Shown: piece after piece, positions 36,685 through 48,581 of the stretch | How positions within the stretch are numbered: the first letter of the stretch is position 1 | Layout: each line of letters opens with the position of its first letter | Assembly (NCBI GenBank): GCA_021432655.1 | Contig: MU271410.1 | Location: 1-64,000 of the forward strand | Direction of reading: 5' to 3' | Origin: Atractiella rhizophila | Taxonomy: Eukaryota | Length of the DNA stretch: 64,000 nt | Made by a program: the position numbers and the translations under genes | Notes under the pieces: model-generated | What the model was told of the DNA's origin: nothing | Databases searched by the model: none | What the model saw: the letters and a program-made list of their open reading frames with translations, nothing else

Positions 36685-39600
36685 ATGATCACCCTGCTTG
36701 GGCCTCCCGTTCTCTCTCCCATCCGCACCTCCACTCTTATCTCCGTCCTCGCTCTCTCCTCCCTCCAAGTGCACACCCTCTACTTTCTCCACCTATCTCC
36801 ATCCGCCACTCCTCCCACTGCGGACACTCTCCCGCCACAACTCCATGACATCCTCCAGTCCCGCCCCTTCGTCCCTTCTCCTTCTCCGCCTCCGTCCGTC
36901 GAGGGGACTCCCGACGGGGTGACCGTCAGACTGTACGTATATCCGCGTCCAGGGACGATATCACCCTTCTCGTCCAAGGCGACCGACATCCTCCGCTCCT
37001 GCTCCCTTCTCCAGCAGACAGGCATCGAGCGTGTGGAGCGCGGAGAGCTCTGGGAACTCTCCTTCCCGCCCGTCAAGCCGCCGTACAAGAATTTGACCCC
37101 CGACGAGGTGTCGAGGGACAAGGATATCGTGAGGAGGATTCACGATCGGATGATCGATTCTCTGTCCCTCTCGCCCCCGACTGAGGAGGAACTGTTCTCT
37201 AGACCGATAGCTAAACAAGTCGTTCGCCTCCCGACCAGACCGACGAGAGAGGACCTGATGAACCTGAACAAGGAGCTGGGTTTGGCGTTGAGCGAGGGAG
37301 AGATCGAATACCTGGTCGAGGAATATGGGAAGCGGAGTGCAGAGGAAGGAGGTGGACCTACTGACGTCGAGCTCTTCACTTTTTCACAGATCAACTCGGA
37401 ACATTGCAGGCACAAGACCTTCAATTCGCACTTCCTCTCACCGCAAACACCGCACACGCTCTTCCAGATGATCCGCAACACGTCCTCCTCCTCGCCCAGC
37501 GGGTTGATATCCAGCTACTCAGACAACGCAGCTGTCTTCTCCTCTCCTCCCCTCCATCAAATACCCACCTTTCTCGCGCCGAACTACTCCACACACTCCT
37601 TCCCAAAGGACGAACAACCGGGAATACTGATCAAAGCGGAGACACACAACCATCCCACTTCCATCTCTCCCTTCCCAGGAAGCGCCACCGGAACTGGAGG
37701 TGAGATAAGGGACGAAGCGGCGGTTGGTCGTGGGTCTCGTCCGAAGATGGGTGTGGTGGGGTACATGGTTGGAAGTCTGAATGGGAGGGAAGACCGGCCG
37801 TCTCACGTCGCCAGTGGACGGGAGATCATGATCCACGCTCCACTCGGAGCATCAGAGTATGGCAACGAACTTGGACGGCCAACTGTCGCTGGACTGTTTA
37901 GGACTTTGGACGTTCCTCATGACGCGGAGGAGGGAGGTAGGAGGGGATATGGAAAACCGGTCATGCTTGCGGGTGGCCATGGGTCCGTGTTACCCCCTAA
38001 TATGTTCAAACATCCTCCTTTCAAACCAGGGACGCTCCTAGTCGTTCTCGGAGGTGGAGGAATGCTTATTGGCCTAGGAGGTGGGAGCGGGTCTTCATTG
38101 GGAGGAGGAGAGGGAGGAGAAGAACTCGATTTCAAGAGTGTACAGAGGGGAAATGCTGAGATGGAAAGGAGGGCGATTGAGGTCATAGATCGTTGTAGTT
38201 GGCTCGCCCTGTCTCCCTCCTCCTCCAATCCGATCCTCTCAGTCCACGATGTAGGCGCCGCAGGGTTGTCCAATGCATTCCCCGAGCTCGTGAGGGATTC
38301 GGGACTAGGAGCTAGGATCGAGTTGGGGAAGATAAGGAACGACGAGTCTGGAATGTCGCCGCTGGAAATATGGTGTAACGAAAGCCAGGAACGGTTCGTC
38401 ATCGCCCTCGATCCCTCTCCAAGCTCGGTCGCGACATTCAAGGAGATATGCGAGCGGGAGAGGTGTCCTTTCGATATCGTTGGGGAAGCGGTGGAGGAAC
38501 AAGAGATCCGATTGGTCCTTGAAGGCGGCGGGGACCTAGTGTTCGACATGGGCGTCCTCTTCGGCTCGTCCAAAGGCAAACTCGAACGTCCAATCGTCAC
38601 AACCGAAGCAGGGAGGATGCTCGACCTCTCCCTCCGCACTAAACTCACGTCTTTCCCACTCGAAACCTTACTCGAAGCCGTCCTCCGAATTCCAGCGGTA
38701 GCGTCCAAGGGATTCCTCATTACCATCTGCGATCGGACCGTCGGAGGATTGACGGTCAGAGACCAGATGGTGGGTCCGTACCAGGTCCCGGTGGCGGATG
38801 TAGGGGTGAGCAGGAGGACGTACGGCTTCGACGTCGATGCTGGGGAAGCCGTGGCTCTCGGAGACCGTCCCTCCCTCGCCCTTATCGATCCCGCATCCTC
38901 CGCGCGTATAGCGGTGGCGGAGGCGTTAACTAACATCGTCGCTGCCGACGTGAGGAACTTAGGGGACGTGAAGTTGAGCGCGAATTGGATGGCGGACGCC
39001 AAGTTTGGAAATGGGAAAGAGGCGTACGAACTCTATCGAGCGGTGGAGGCGATTGGGATGGACTTGTGTCCAAAGTTGGGAATCGCGATTCCGGTTGGAA
39101 AGGACAGTGTGAGCATGAGCATGCGGTGGAGGGACCAGGAGAGCCACAAGTCTATCACTGCACCCGTCACAGTCGTCATTTCTGCTTTTGCCGGCGTGGA
39201 GGATATCAAGAAGACCTGGACTCCGCAATTGAGGAGGGACGAGGAAGAGACCGTCCTCGTGCTAGTGGATCTTGGAAAGGGAAGGGACAGGTTGGGGGGA
39301 AGCGCGCTCGCGGAGGTACTGCATGATTTGTTGGGCGATGACGCGCCAGACGTGGGGGCGGAGGAGCTGAAAGGATTTTTCAAATCCTGTGTGCAAGTGA
39401 GAGACGAGGATTTGGTGCTCGCATACCATGATCGATCGGACGGTGGACTTATTGTTACCGTTCTGGAGATGGCATTTGCTGGAAGATTAGGCGTCGAACT
39501 ATCTCTACACGTCGACGAGGAGGAAGAAGCGGAGGCTGATCTCATCCCGAGGTTGTTCAATGAAGAAGTCGGAGCGGTGTTTCAGATCAGGAAGAAAGAT

Positions 39601-40716
39601 TGGAATCGGTTTAACGCCATCTTTGCAGCTAACGGGCTTGGAGATGATTCCCTATCCCTAGTTGGGAGGGTGATATACCCATCGGACGACATTCTCCTCA
39701 AACTTCCCAACAAGGAGATAAAGCTGGATCGAGGAGAGATGCAAACGGTATGGACGGAAGTATCATTCGACATACAAAGAGAGAGGGATAATCCCGTCAC
39801 TTCATCGGAAGAAATGGTAGGTATCAGAGACTCGAGCGACCCAGGAATTACCTACGACATCACATTCCCTCTTCCCACTCTCCCATCAGCCGCATCGCTC
39901 AACGATCGCCCAAAAGTTGCGATCCTCCGAGAACAGGGAGTCAACGGGCACATGGAGATGGCATGGGCTTTCCTTGCCGCTGGTTTCGAACCGGTAGATG
40001 TGCACATGACCGATATAATTCGTGGAGGAATCTCTTTGGAGTCCTTCAAAGGTCTGGCTGCCTGCGGTGGATTCTCTTACGGCGACACCCTTGGAGCAGG
40101 AAGAGGATGGGCCAAGTCCATCCTTTTGAACGATGGAGCAAGGAAAGAGTTTGAGCGGTTTCTGAAAGAGAGAAAGGATACCTTTGCGCTCGGAGTCTGC
40201 AATGGGTGCCAAATGTTCGGGGAGCTCAAGGACATCCTTCCCTGCGACTTGGATAACAAGGATTGCAGGTGTTGGCCGAAGTGGAAGAGGAACGCAAGCG
40301 AACGATACGAGGGTAGAGTGTGCATGGTTCGGATCGAAGATAACGCCAAATCCTTCAATAACGCCTTCTTCAACGGCATGCAGGGCTCGAAACTTCCTAT
40401 TCCCGTCGCGCATGGAGAGGGTCGAGCCTCCTTTGAAGACGATGCGATAGAATGTCCAATTCACAAATCTCAAAACCTTACCATCCTTTCTTTCACCTCC
40501 GATTCTTATCCTCACAACCCAAATGGATCTCCGAGAGGAATAGCTGGCGTAGCTTCGCCTGATGGCCGCATCACCATCATGATGCCACACCCTGAAAGGG
40601 CAGTCACTCTGGAATCAAATTCCTTTGTAGACGAGACCGCGAAGAGGTGGAGCAATGGAAGTGGCATTGGTCCGTGGTTCAGCATGTTCACTCGAGCAAG
40701 AGCTTGGGTTGGTTAG
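36685..40716 (+). CDS. ADE6: Phosphoribosylformylglycinamidine synthase (large-type PurL/FGAMS), intronless
   Basis: 'FSQINSEHCRHKTFN', 'KAETHNHPTSISPFPGSATGTGGEIRDE', 'HDVGAAGLSNA', 'PVGKDS', 'YHDRSDGG', and glutaminase motifs 'GVCNGCQ' and 'MPHPER'. Confidence 0.97.
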   Translation: MITLLGPPVLSPIRTSTLISVLALSSLQVHTLYFLHLSPSATPPTADTLPPQLHDILQSRPFVPSPSPPPSVEGTPDGVTVRLYVYPRPGTISPFSSKATDILRSCSLLQQTGIERVERGELWELSFPPVKPPYKNLTPDEVSRDKDIVRRIHDRMIDSLSLSPPTEEELFSRPIAKQVVRLPTRPTREDLMNLNKELGLALSEGEIEYLVEEYGKRSAEEGGGPTDVELFTFSQINSEHCRHKTFNSHFLSPQTPHTLFQMIRNTSSSSPSGLISSYSDNAAVFSSPPLHQIPTFLAPNYSTHSFPKDEQPGILIKAETHNHPTSISPFPGSATGTGGEIRDEAAVGRGSRPKMGVVGYMVGSLNGREDRPSHVASGREIMIHAPLGASEYGNELGRPTVAGLFRTLDVPHDAEEGGRRGYGKPVMLAGGHGSVLPPNMFKHPPFKPGTLLVVLGGGGMLIGLGGGSGSSLGGGEGGEELDFKSVQRGNAEMERRAIEVIDRCSWLALSPSSSNPILSVHDVGAAGLSNAFPELVRDSGLGARIELGKIRNDESGMSPLEIWCNESQERFVIALDPSPSSVATFKEICERERCPFDIVGEAVEEQEIRLVLEGGGDLVFDMGVLFGSSKGKLERPIVTTEAGRMLDLSLRTKLTSFPLETLLEAVLRIPAVASKGFLITICDRTVGGLTVRDQMVGPYQVPVADVGVSRRTYGFDVDAGEAVALGDRPSLALIDPASSARIAVAEALTNIVAADVRNLGDVKLSANWMADAKFGNGKEAYELYRAVEAIGMDLCPKLGIAIPVGKDSVSMSMRWRDQESHKSITAPVTVVISAFAGVEDIKKTWTPQLRRDEEETVLVLVDLGKGRDRLGGSALAEVLHDLLGDDAPDVGAEELKGFFKSCVQVRDEDLVLAYHDRSDGGLIVTVLEMAFAGRLGVELSLHVDEEEEAEADLIPRLFNEEVGAVFQIRKKDWNRFNAIFAANGLGDDSLSLVGRVIYPSDDILLKLPNKEIKLDRGEMQTVWTEVSFDIQRERDNPVTSSEEMVGIRDSSDPGITYDITFPLPTLPSAASLNDRPKVAILREQGVNGHMEMAWAFLAAGFEPVDVHMTDIIRGGISLESFKGLAACGGFSYGDTLGAGRGWAKSILLNDGARKEFERFLKERKDTFALGVCNGCQMFGELKDILPCDLDNKDCRCWPKWKRNASERYEGRVCMVRIEDNAKSFNNAFFNGMQGSKLPIPVAHGEGRASFEDDAIECPIHKSQNLTILSFTSDSYPHNPNGSPRGIAGVASPDGRITIMMPHPERAVTLESNSFVDETAKRWSNGSGIGPWFSMFTRARAWVG

Positions 40717-41081
40717 AAACTGGAAAGTGTACGTCTCATCCTGCGATTGAGAATAATTCTGAATCTCTGAACGAACAGTGCACCCACTAAATTATGATTA
40801 CAGACCGATCGTGGAATAAGTGGATGTATAGATGAAGAATGAGTGTATGTGAAAAATAGCAACCAAAATAGATGGGTATCTCGTTGTCAATGAATATTGC
40901 GCTGGAGAGAGCTCAGTGCCCCGAAGTATCGATAAAGACCTGCCTAATTCCCAAAATCTTGAACATATGACACTGAATCGTCCATGCCAACACTGATGTT
41001 AAAACGAGATGTCAACAACTGCATTTTCCAAAGCTTTTTACCACATGTCCAAGAATTATTGTCGGAAGGAATGCCAGCGTC

Positions 41082-43614
41082 TTAATGTGTTTTCTAGGCA
41101 CGACTAAGTGGGACAGCTCTTGAAAAGAAGTAGGACTTACTAATTTATGGGCGTACGAAAACCTCAGGAATTTCCTTCGAAGAACACCAACCTTCTGACC
41201 CAACCAGGAGTAACTTTATGACTTATTAGACACGCCTAAGAACGGGGGTTCAAAATGCTCACTTGAACATAAGGACGAAGACGATTGAAAAAGGTACTAT
41301 CGACCAATGTTAATAACTCGAGCATAGCGAATGAAATTCATTACTGGCGATGGCCCAAAAAAGGGTCGGGTTGTCCTGATCTCCAAGAACTCCAGGGAAA
41401 TTGTGAAAGTTCATACCTAGCGTAGACGAATCAACAATTGAGACGGAGAGAGGCGAAGTAGGCATAGAAACTTGCCGAAATAACTACAAGAACAGGTTAG
41501 AATTATCGCGTAGCTCTTGGGAGTGGACCACTCACCCAGCCCAGAAGGTCTGATAGCGCAGGAGACCTTCAGTGAGGGAAGAACAAGGGAACGAAGACGA
41601 ACCAGCGGCAAAAAAACAACTGTCACAACTGTTAAAGTCATCATGGACGTATTAGAGTTGTAGGAGATCATATTGAACGTGAAGTCGACGAGGTTGGACG
41701 CTAAGGCAGTGAAAAGTTCGATCGAACTGCCAGTGTAATGTCAGTACGTCGTCGTTAGGCATGCAAAGACACACCTCAATACACTGTCTACGTGATCAGC
41801 AACATCAGCCAAATAAATCTAAAGAAAATTTATTAGCATAAGCCTTTTCTTAAAGAATCACCTGACCTCTGCAGTACGACTAATGAAAGGCTCCTTCTTG
41901 ATTTCGCCTGAAAAGCTGTCATGCCTGCTGTCGTACATACTGTTATCCGTGTACCGTCGATGGCTGTTGTGGTGATGGTGGCTTCTTCCCGGGAGGGCAA
42001 CAGCGTCAAGTACTTGATGGTCTCTAACCCTACGAACCACAGATGCGAGGGGACTGAGCGTGCGCTTGAGGAGGAGCAGTTCTACGGTATTATCAGCCAA
42101 ATCCACCATACATGCAGAGAAACCATTGAACGTACCAGCACTGAGTACATGTAAATGCCTAACCGTTGAAGCCATGGGTTTGACGAGCACCTGACCTTCG
42201 AGGAACGTGATTCGTTTCCTGAACTCCTCCACAATCTCCAACGCATGGTCTGACACTAAATCGAGCAGGTTGTGTACAAGCATGGAGGGGTCTTCGGTGA
42301 TGCGGAGGAGGGTTTGTGACTCTCTGAGTCTGTTGAACAAACCGGTAACATATCCCGCTGCTCCCCGCTGGAAAAAGGAGATGAGAGTCCCATCGCGCAT
42401 GAGAAAGATGTTGAGTTGGGCTGAACCGACGTGAACTATATGAAAGGTCAGAAAATCATGATGGAGGTGTCAGGTGAAAAGAAAAGCGTACCTTTATAGT
42501 CTTTTGTCAAACTGTTAACTGTTCTACGGGCAATGTCACTCTTCGTTCTATTCACGCTTGCAGTCGGATCATCCGGATGAGCACCCTGAAACATTTCCTT
42601 CACCTTGCTCGTCCTGCTCGTCCTTCCTCCAGTCCCACCAGTTCCGACGCCGATTCCGTGTCCCAAACCTTCGGTATTGACTCTCTTTAGGGGAGACATC
42701 TGAACCTCAGGATCAACAGCTCCGGCGAGCGTTTTCTCTTCGTCCAGTGGCCGCTGACTCCGGCCCCCAAAGAATCCCGAGATCAGAGATCCACGACGAG
42801 AACCTAGTTCAGGAGGGAGTTGATCGTCGTTGAGAAGGGAGTGAAGCATGAGGTTGAGGAACAAGTGATTCTCGTAGAACTCAGCTTTGGGTCGTGTACT
42901 CGAACCAGTGTGCATAGTATCTTCGATCGCAAGAGGGTGAAGGTCGTACTTGAGCGCAATAGCGCGGAGAACGTCCCAACTGAGACCATTGACATTAATC
43001 CATCTAACTTTCGCCCACTTTGGTCTATCCTTTTCCAGATAGCTCAGGAATTCAGCATTGTTGAAGTTGAACTGTCTGATTCGATCCCGATCGTAATCCG
43101 CCACATCAATCACCAGCTCCTCCTTCAGATGACTGTAATCCGCCTTGCGTACGTCAATCCCTGGTTCCTGTTGATTCGTCCACACATATCCATGGGATGC
43201 AGCGGTTTGAATGTTGATAGTTTTCCGAATTGCTTCCTGGAACTTCAGCTTGGAAGCTGATGGCGGAGAGAGCAGTTGAGGTCCGCTCAGAGGTGTCCTA
43301 AGGTTGGGGGATTTTGGAGAAGCTAGCGCTTCGACCGCTGCCAATGCCGTTGTATTGAGGGAAAGGGGAGCCTTAGGCCGCGGAGGTGGTGGGTAATCGT
43401 TGGCGTCCGCGCTCGTCATACCGGTCGATTGGGGTATGGAACCACTTGGTTCTTCGCTCGAAACCGTTGGTTGTAGGATAACGGGAGACATGGTGAGGGA
43501 GGACTCGACGGCGGTCGAACCTTGAGATTCTGCTCGAGACTCTTCCATGGAAGAGTGCAGCTCCTCCTGTGAGCCGTCATGGTGCTGGGTGACTTGAATT
43601 GGTGGTATCGTCAT
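41082..43614 (-). CDS. CorA-family Mg2+ transporter, multi-exon
   Basis: 'VRWINVNGLSWDV..IALKYDLHPLAIED', 'LTVVTVVFLPL|TFWAG|YF|GMNF' (GMN signature) and two C-terminal TM segments. The 3' end was inferred by eye. Confidence 0.9.
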
Positions 43615-45539
43615 GGTTGGTTGATTCTTAGCGAGGGAATCTTGTGTGAGCGTGTCGCTTTATAACTGATGCGAAGGAAGAAACAGGGGAATTGCAACAC
43701 GCGGTGCTCCGAGATTCAAGTGAGGTCCGAAGAATTGGAAGACGGTGGAGACAGGAGACCGCTCGACACGATGAAGCTGCTTGCTTGTCGCGCAGATTAG
43801 CCATTAGCTAGATTCAACAGACATGAGCTAGACACTCACCAGGGCCCAGATGTACCAGCTGGAAGTTGGCAAGCTATAAAAGAGAGAATGGGACTGCAGG
43901 GAAGTTGGACGTTTTGGAGATGCTGAAAATAAACGGACGTTGGATGAATTGGGTACGCGTACAAGCACATGTACAGAGACCAACTCACTCCCGCACACCC
44001 GTACAATACACTGTGATTCACAGTCACCATCATTGTCTTGGCCTTCAAAGGGGAAGGTAAATCGTAATAGAGAGTGCTATAGTAGAAATGTAAAGATATC
44101 CAATATTTGGGAGTGGAAAAGGGTGCAGTCCTCTTTACTTGGTAGCTCGACTGTAACAAGTCCACAAACTTGAACTGTACTCAAAGTTTGTTGAAGAAAC
44201 TTATATTTATCATAGAAATCGATGGATTTTGTTTCGACAAATCAATTTTCCTCCTACATGGTTGGTTTTATGAACGACATGCCAACTAGCGAATCCTATT
44301 ATTACTAGTAGCTGAGGTTGTATAACCGATACAGTATCAAGTAAAGGCATCTTGAAGAGAAAGAATCGATTGTCAGAGCAACAGCAGATGATGATTGTGA
44401 CATATAACCCTTCTATTCCACCGGAACCCGGTCTTCTCGAGCTCTTCATCCTTCCTAGTCCGTTGGCACCCAGAGTTCCAACCTCACCTTCAGCCGGAAA
44501 TGATTGGGAGGGACCAGCTACGCAACACCAGTGGGAAGGCACACCGTAAGGTATAAGTACGAGTACTGAGAGCGATGATGGCATCAACTCGCACGCTCGA
44601 ACGAGTGCGAACCGCCGGCGGAGGTTCGTGCTCTCCTACTTCACTTCAGTCCGCTTCTTGATCGATGACTCCTGTCCTATCATTTACCGGCCTCACGTTT
44701 CTGGTTGACATAAGAGTGGGGAGGAAACGTCACGGTGTTGACGCGAGCCAATCGCACGGGACAATGGGACATCAAGCTCATGCTCAGAGATAGCCATGGC
44801 ATAGCGTTCACGCATTACATGATAAATAATAGGCTACCCTCTGGGATTTCATGGGGTGCAGCGAAGTCCGAGCCCAAACTGCCGTGTAGGCAAAACGGGA
44901 CGAAGTTTCAAAGTTAGGCATGTGAGTCAGCTCTTCAGAGCAGCATGCTAAACGTCCATATATAAGGCACAGGACTCTTCTATCCGCTCCACAGTCAGCA
45001 CAGATACTGCTCTACTGAGCAATCAAGGACGTTTTCATAGGCTTTGCTCGCTCGTCGATGGAGGTGACAAGAACTGCAAGGCAAGTTGACGTCTCACCAA
45101 TGTTCAGCAGCTTAACCGAAATCAAATACTAGATTACTCTCCGCCGGCTTTTGCAGGTGCACATCCTCATACTCATCAGGTCTTTGCACAACCCATCTCA
45201 CTGGCTCTCATGACGGTCGACGGTATACGGTTCAGGAATACTTGGTGCCTGAAATGCACTGGGTAGAAATTATCTCAACATGGACATCGGTACCGCTAGG
45301 AGGCACCGCTTCACGACCGTCATCAAGCAATTTTGGGTCCTGCCATTCACATTCAGTCTCCCTCCCCGAACTCATCTCTCACATATCTCCTCGCACTGTT
45401 GCACGGATCGCAGGACCACAAAGAAACGACTTCACGAACAACAATAGTATCACGAAACGATAGTTTACCCAAGCCAGCCTTGGGGTCGAAGTCGCAGTCG
45501 CAAGCTCTCATCCCTCGCTATACACTTCATTAATCAACC

Positions 45540-48193
45540 ATGTCTACGACCTCCCTTTCTTCCACATTAACCTCTACCGCCACATCCACACAAACCGCGG
45601 CTTCGAGCGCTTCGTCCCAGCCCGCCTCCTTCAAGATCATCGGTGTCCTCCTCGCAGTCGGCTCCGGTCTCTTCATTGGATCTAGTTTTGTCTTCAAAAA
45701 GAAGGGACTGCTAAGCGCGCAAGCTAAGGCAGGGACAGCGGCGGGAGAGGGCCATGCTTATCTGAAGAGTCCGATGTGCGTCCTCATTTCGTCTACCTCA
45801 TGATATTGGTGTTGAGATAACCGGATAGGTGGTGGACGGGTATGATCCTCAGTACGTGTTGCGCATGCTGTGTTGAAGGATAGAGCTAAGAGCGAAACAG
45901 TGATCGTGGGCGAGATTCTCAATTGTGCGTGCCCTCCTTTCTTCTTTCCCTTTCACCTCACCTCCGCAACACAGTCGTCGCCTACGCCTTCACCGACGCC
46001 ATCCTCGTCACTCCGCTCGGCGCACTCTCCGTAGTAATCTGCGCCATCCTCTCCTCCATCTTCCTCAAAGAGAAGCTTACCTTCTTCGGCAAAGTCAGTA
46101 CCTTCCCCGACCCTGTCCGCGTAAAAGCAGACCGCAGTCGCTAATTCAAGTTGGAACGGGAATAGATTGGTTGTTTTCTTTGTATCGTTGGTGCCGTCGT
46201 TATTGCCCTGAATGGACCGGAGGAGCAGTCAGTTACTACTATCAAAGAAGTACGGCAGAGCTCTTTTGTTCGAAGTCGGTTGTTGATAAGATTTCCGATA
46301 TGGCACAGTTTCAAGACCTTTTTCTTTCTGTCGGTACGTCCTCAAACGATCAGTTTGTGTTGGCGGGAGAGGTGAATTTGATCTGCGACAGGTTTCCTTG
46401 TCTACGCTTCCGTCGTTATCGTCGCTTCCCTGGTTATCATTTTCTTCGTTGCTCCAAAATGGGGAAAGAAGAACATGCTCGTCTATGTTCGCCTCATTCT
46501 CCGTCCTTCCCCTCAGCACTTATGCTTAGCATAGATTCTTGTCTGCTCACTCATTGGTGGACTATCGGTGTCCTGTACACAAGGCTTAGGTGTACGCTCC
46601 ACCTTTCGGTCCGGTCTGCATTGCTGATGATGACGCATACTAGGCTTCAATCTTGACTTCAATACGAGGAAACAACCAATTCAAGCACCCTTTCATCTAT
46701 TTCCTCTTGGGCTTTGTGATCGTAACATTGCGTACGTTCCTTTCTCCCTTTCGCGGCTTTAACGTTGATGAAACGCACGCCCGTGATAGTCACGGAGATA
46801 AATTATTTGAATAAAGCGCTTGAGCTATTTAACACTGCTATGGGTGTGTTGCTCTCTTTCCGTGTGACACAATTTGAAGGGCTAACTGGTAATTTATATT
46901 ATAGTTACTCCGACGTGAGCCCTGTCGATATGTTCTTTCTTGACATTCTCAGTGAAATTGGATGGGTTGCAGGTACTATGTCATATTCACCTTCTGCACC
47001 CTCGTTACCTCAGTTATTCTCTATCAAGGCTTCAAGGCTCCTGTAACAGATATCATTACTGGTCTGTCGCCTTCCCCATCTGCCAAGAACCTCGCTGAAT
47101 ATTTAATCACACAGTTGTACTTGGCTTCCTCGTCATTTGTGCCGGAATTACCCTCCTCCAACTCTCCAAGATTGACACCTCGACAATAGCCAGCAATCTA
47201 GACCGCAAATCCACCCTCCTCATCACTGCCGCCAAAGCTGAAGTGAAACCGGAGACCGATGGGAATGAGATGAACGAGAAGCTGATTGGACTTGAAGATC
47301 CCGGTGTGGACGCGATAAGAGGGAGCTTTGGAGCCATCGGTTCGATTCATCGGGCTGTCTCGCAGAGGAGGATGAGCCAGAGAATGGCGCACGCGAACTC
47401 GGACGTGAGGAAGAGGAGGGGGACGAACGACACTTCTTCTCATACTACCGTCGGACTCGAACACGTTCCCCGATTTCAGCTCTACGATAATCCCATGCCG
47501 GGGGATGCGAGTGCGAGAATATCCATGTTCACCAATGCCTCCATTCACACTCCTTCTCACGATGGTCCTCCACGGTCGAGAGCAGATACAATGCTTAGTA
47601 TCCCATCCGATTCCCCGGATCCTCAGGGTCGACAGCGAGCGCCTTCCATCAATTTCGCCCCCAAAGATGTGACACATCGCTATGCCCCAGGTATGGGCGC
47701 CATGGCTATCCACGACACGATTGAGAGGCGCACGGCTGGGAAGGACGAGAAGTTAGGAGACAAAGATTCGATAAAGGAAGAAGAGGACTACCCAGATCCT
47801 CCTTTCAGCGCTCCAACAAATTCCATTACTATAAACATGGTCGATGACGACGAATACGAGCAGCGAGCAATCAAGAGCGCCACGTTGCCGAGACAGCAGG
47901 GAACTCAAACCATAGCTCAAATGCTCAAGAGACAATTTTCAGCATCATCACCAGATTTGACGCCGGACGAGCTGCGGGAAGCAGACGCGACGAGCGAGTC
48001 AGGTCATTCATTGCGAGTGAAAGCTCTCCATGCTTTTGGTAGGAAAGGATCGACCCCGTCGAAGCGAAGGGAAAGTGAGGATCGCGAGGGATTGTTGAGC
48101 AGGACAGAGACGGAAGAGAGGACGAGTGCGGAATCAGCGAGTGATGATGATCTACCATCACCTACTGAGAAGAAGGGGAATGCTACAATATAG
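45540..48193 (+). CDS. NIPA/DUF803-family Mg2+ transporter, many small exons, long cytoplasmic tail
   Basis: '[25 protein letters not shown]', '[18 protein letters not shown]', '[31 protein letters not shown]' and '[16 protein letters not shown]'. Confidence 0.93.
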
Positions 48194-48581
48194 TAGTATT
48201 GGAAAGTAGATGGACTGTTAATTTCCTTAGTGCTTTCTTCATTTTATGTCTTGTGCTGTTGTCTCTATCATTTTGGATGGACAGTTGGTTTCAGCTCTGT
48301 CGATATCTTTCGATTCGAGATAGATTGAAATGCTCGTTCTACACTCGCAATTTTAAGGCATGAAGCGTGTACATGTCCTTCTTGTCATTCCAGCCGCTGC
48401 GAGTGAGAAGGTCGAGTTCGGTGGACGACACGGGTAAATCTGCAGGAATGTTGCTTGATGGCGACACGTTCTGTGTATGGCTCACAAGGCACTTCAGAAG
48501 GGATCATGTTTGATCAATGAAACATAGATTTTAGGGCATAGAAGCAAGTGGATGACATGCTGAAAAGGACAAAGGCAACGT

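Larger units (their letters stand above)
34095..38304 (+). repeat. Tandem duplication, copy 2 (continues into the full-length ADE6)
   Basis: Matches copy 1 up to ...GTGAGGGATTCGGGA (~38304), then continues as unique ADE6 sequence. Confidence 0.97.

Noticed and set aside
37917..40590. Long antisense ORFs over ADE6 (361, 175 and 234 aa) and similar ones over OSBP
   Set aside because: These are shadow frames of long coding sequence with no recognisable domains.
44588..44630. Two short GC-rich hairpins in the CorA/NIPA intergenic region (possible structured RNA)
   Set aside because: The stems are only 5-9 bp with bulges and match no RNA family I recognise, which is expected by chance.
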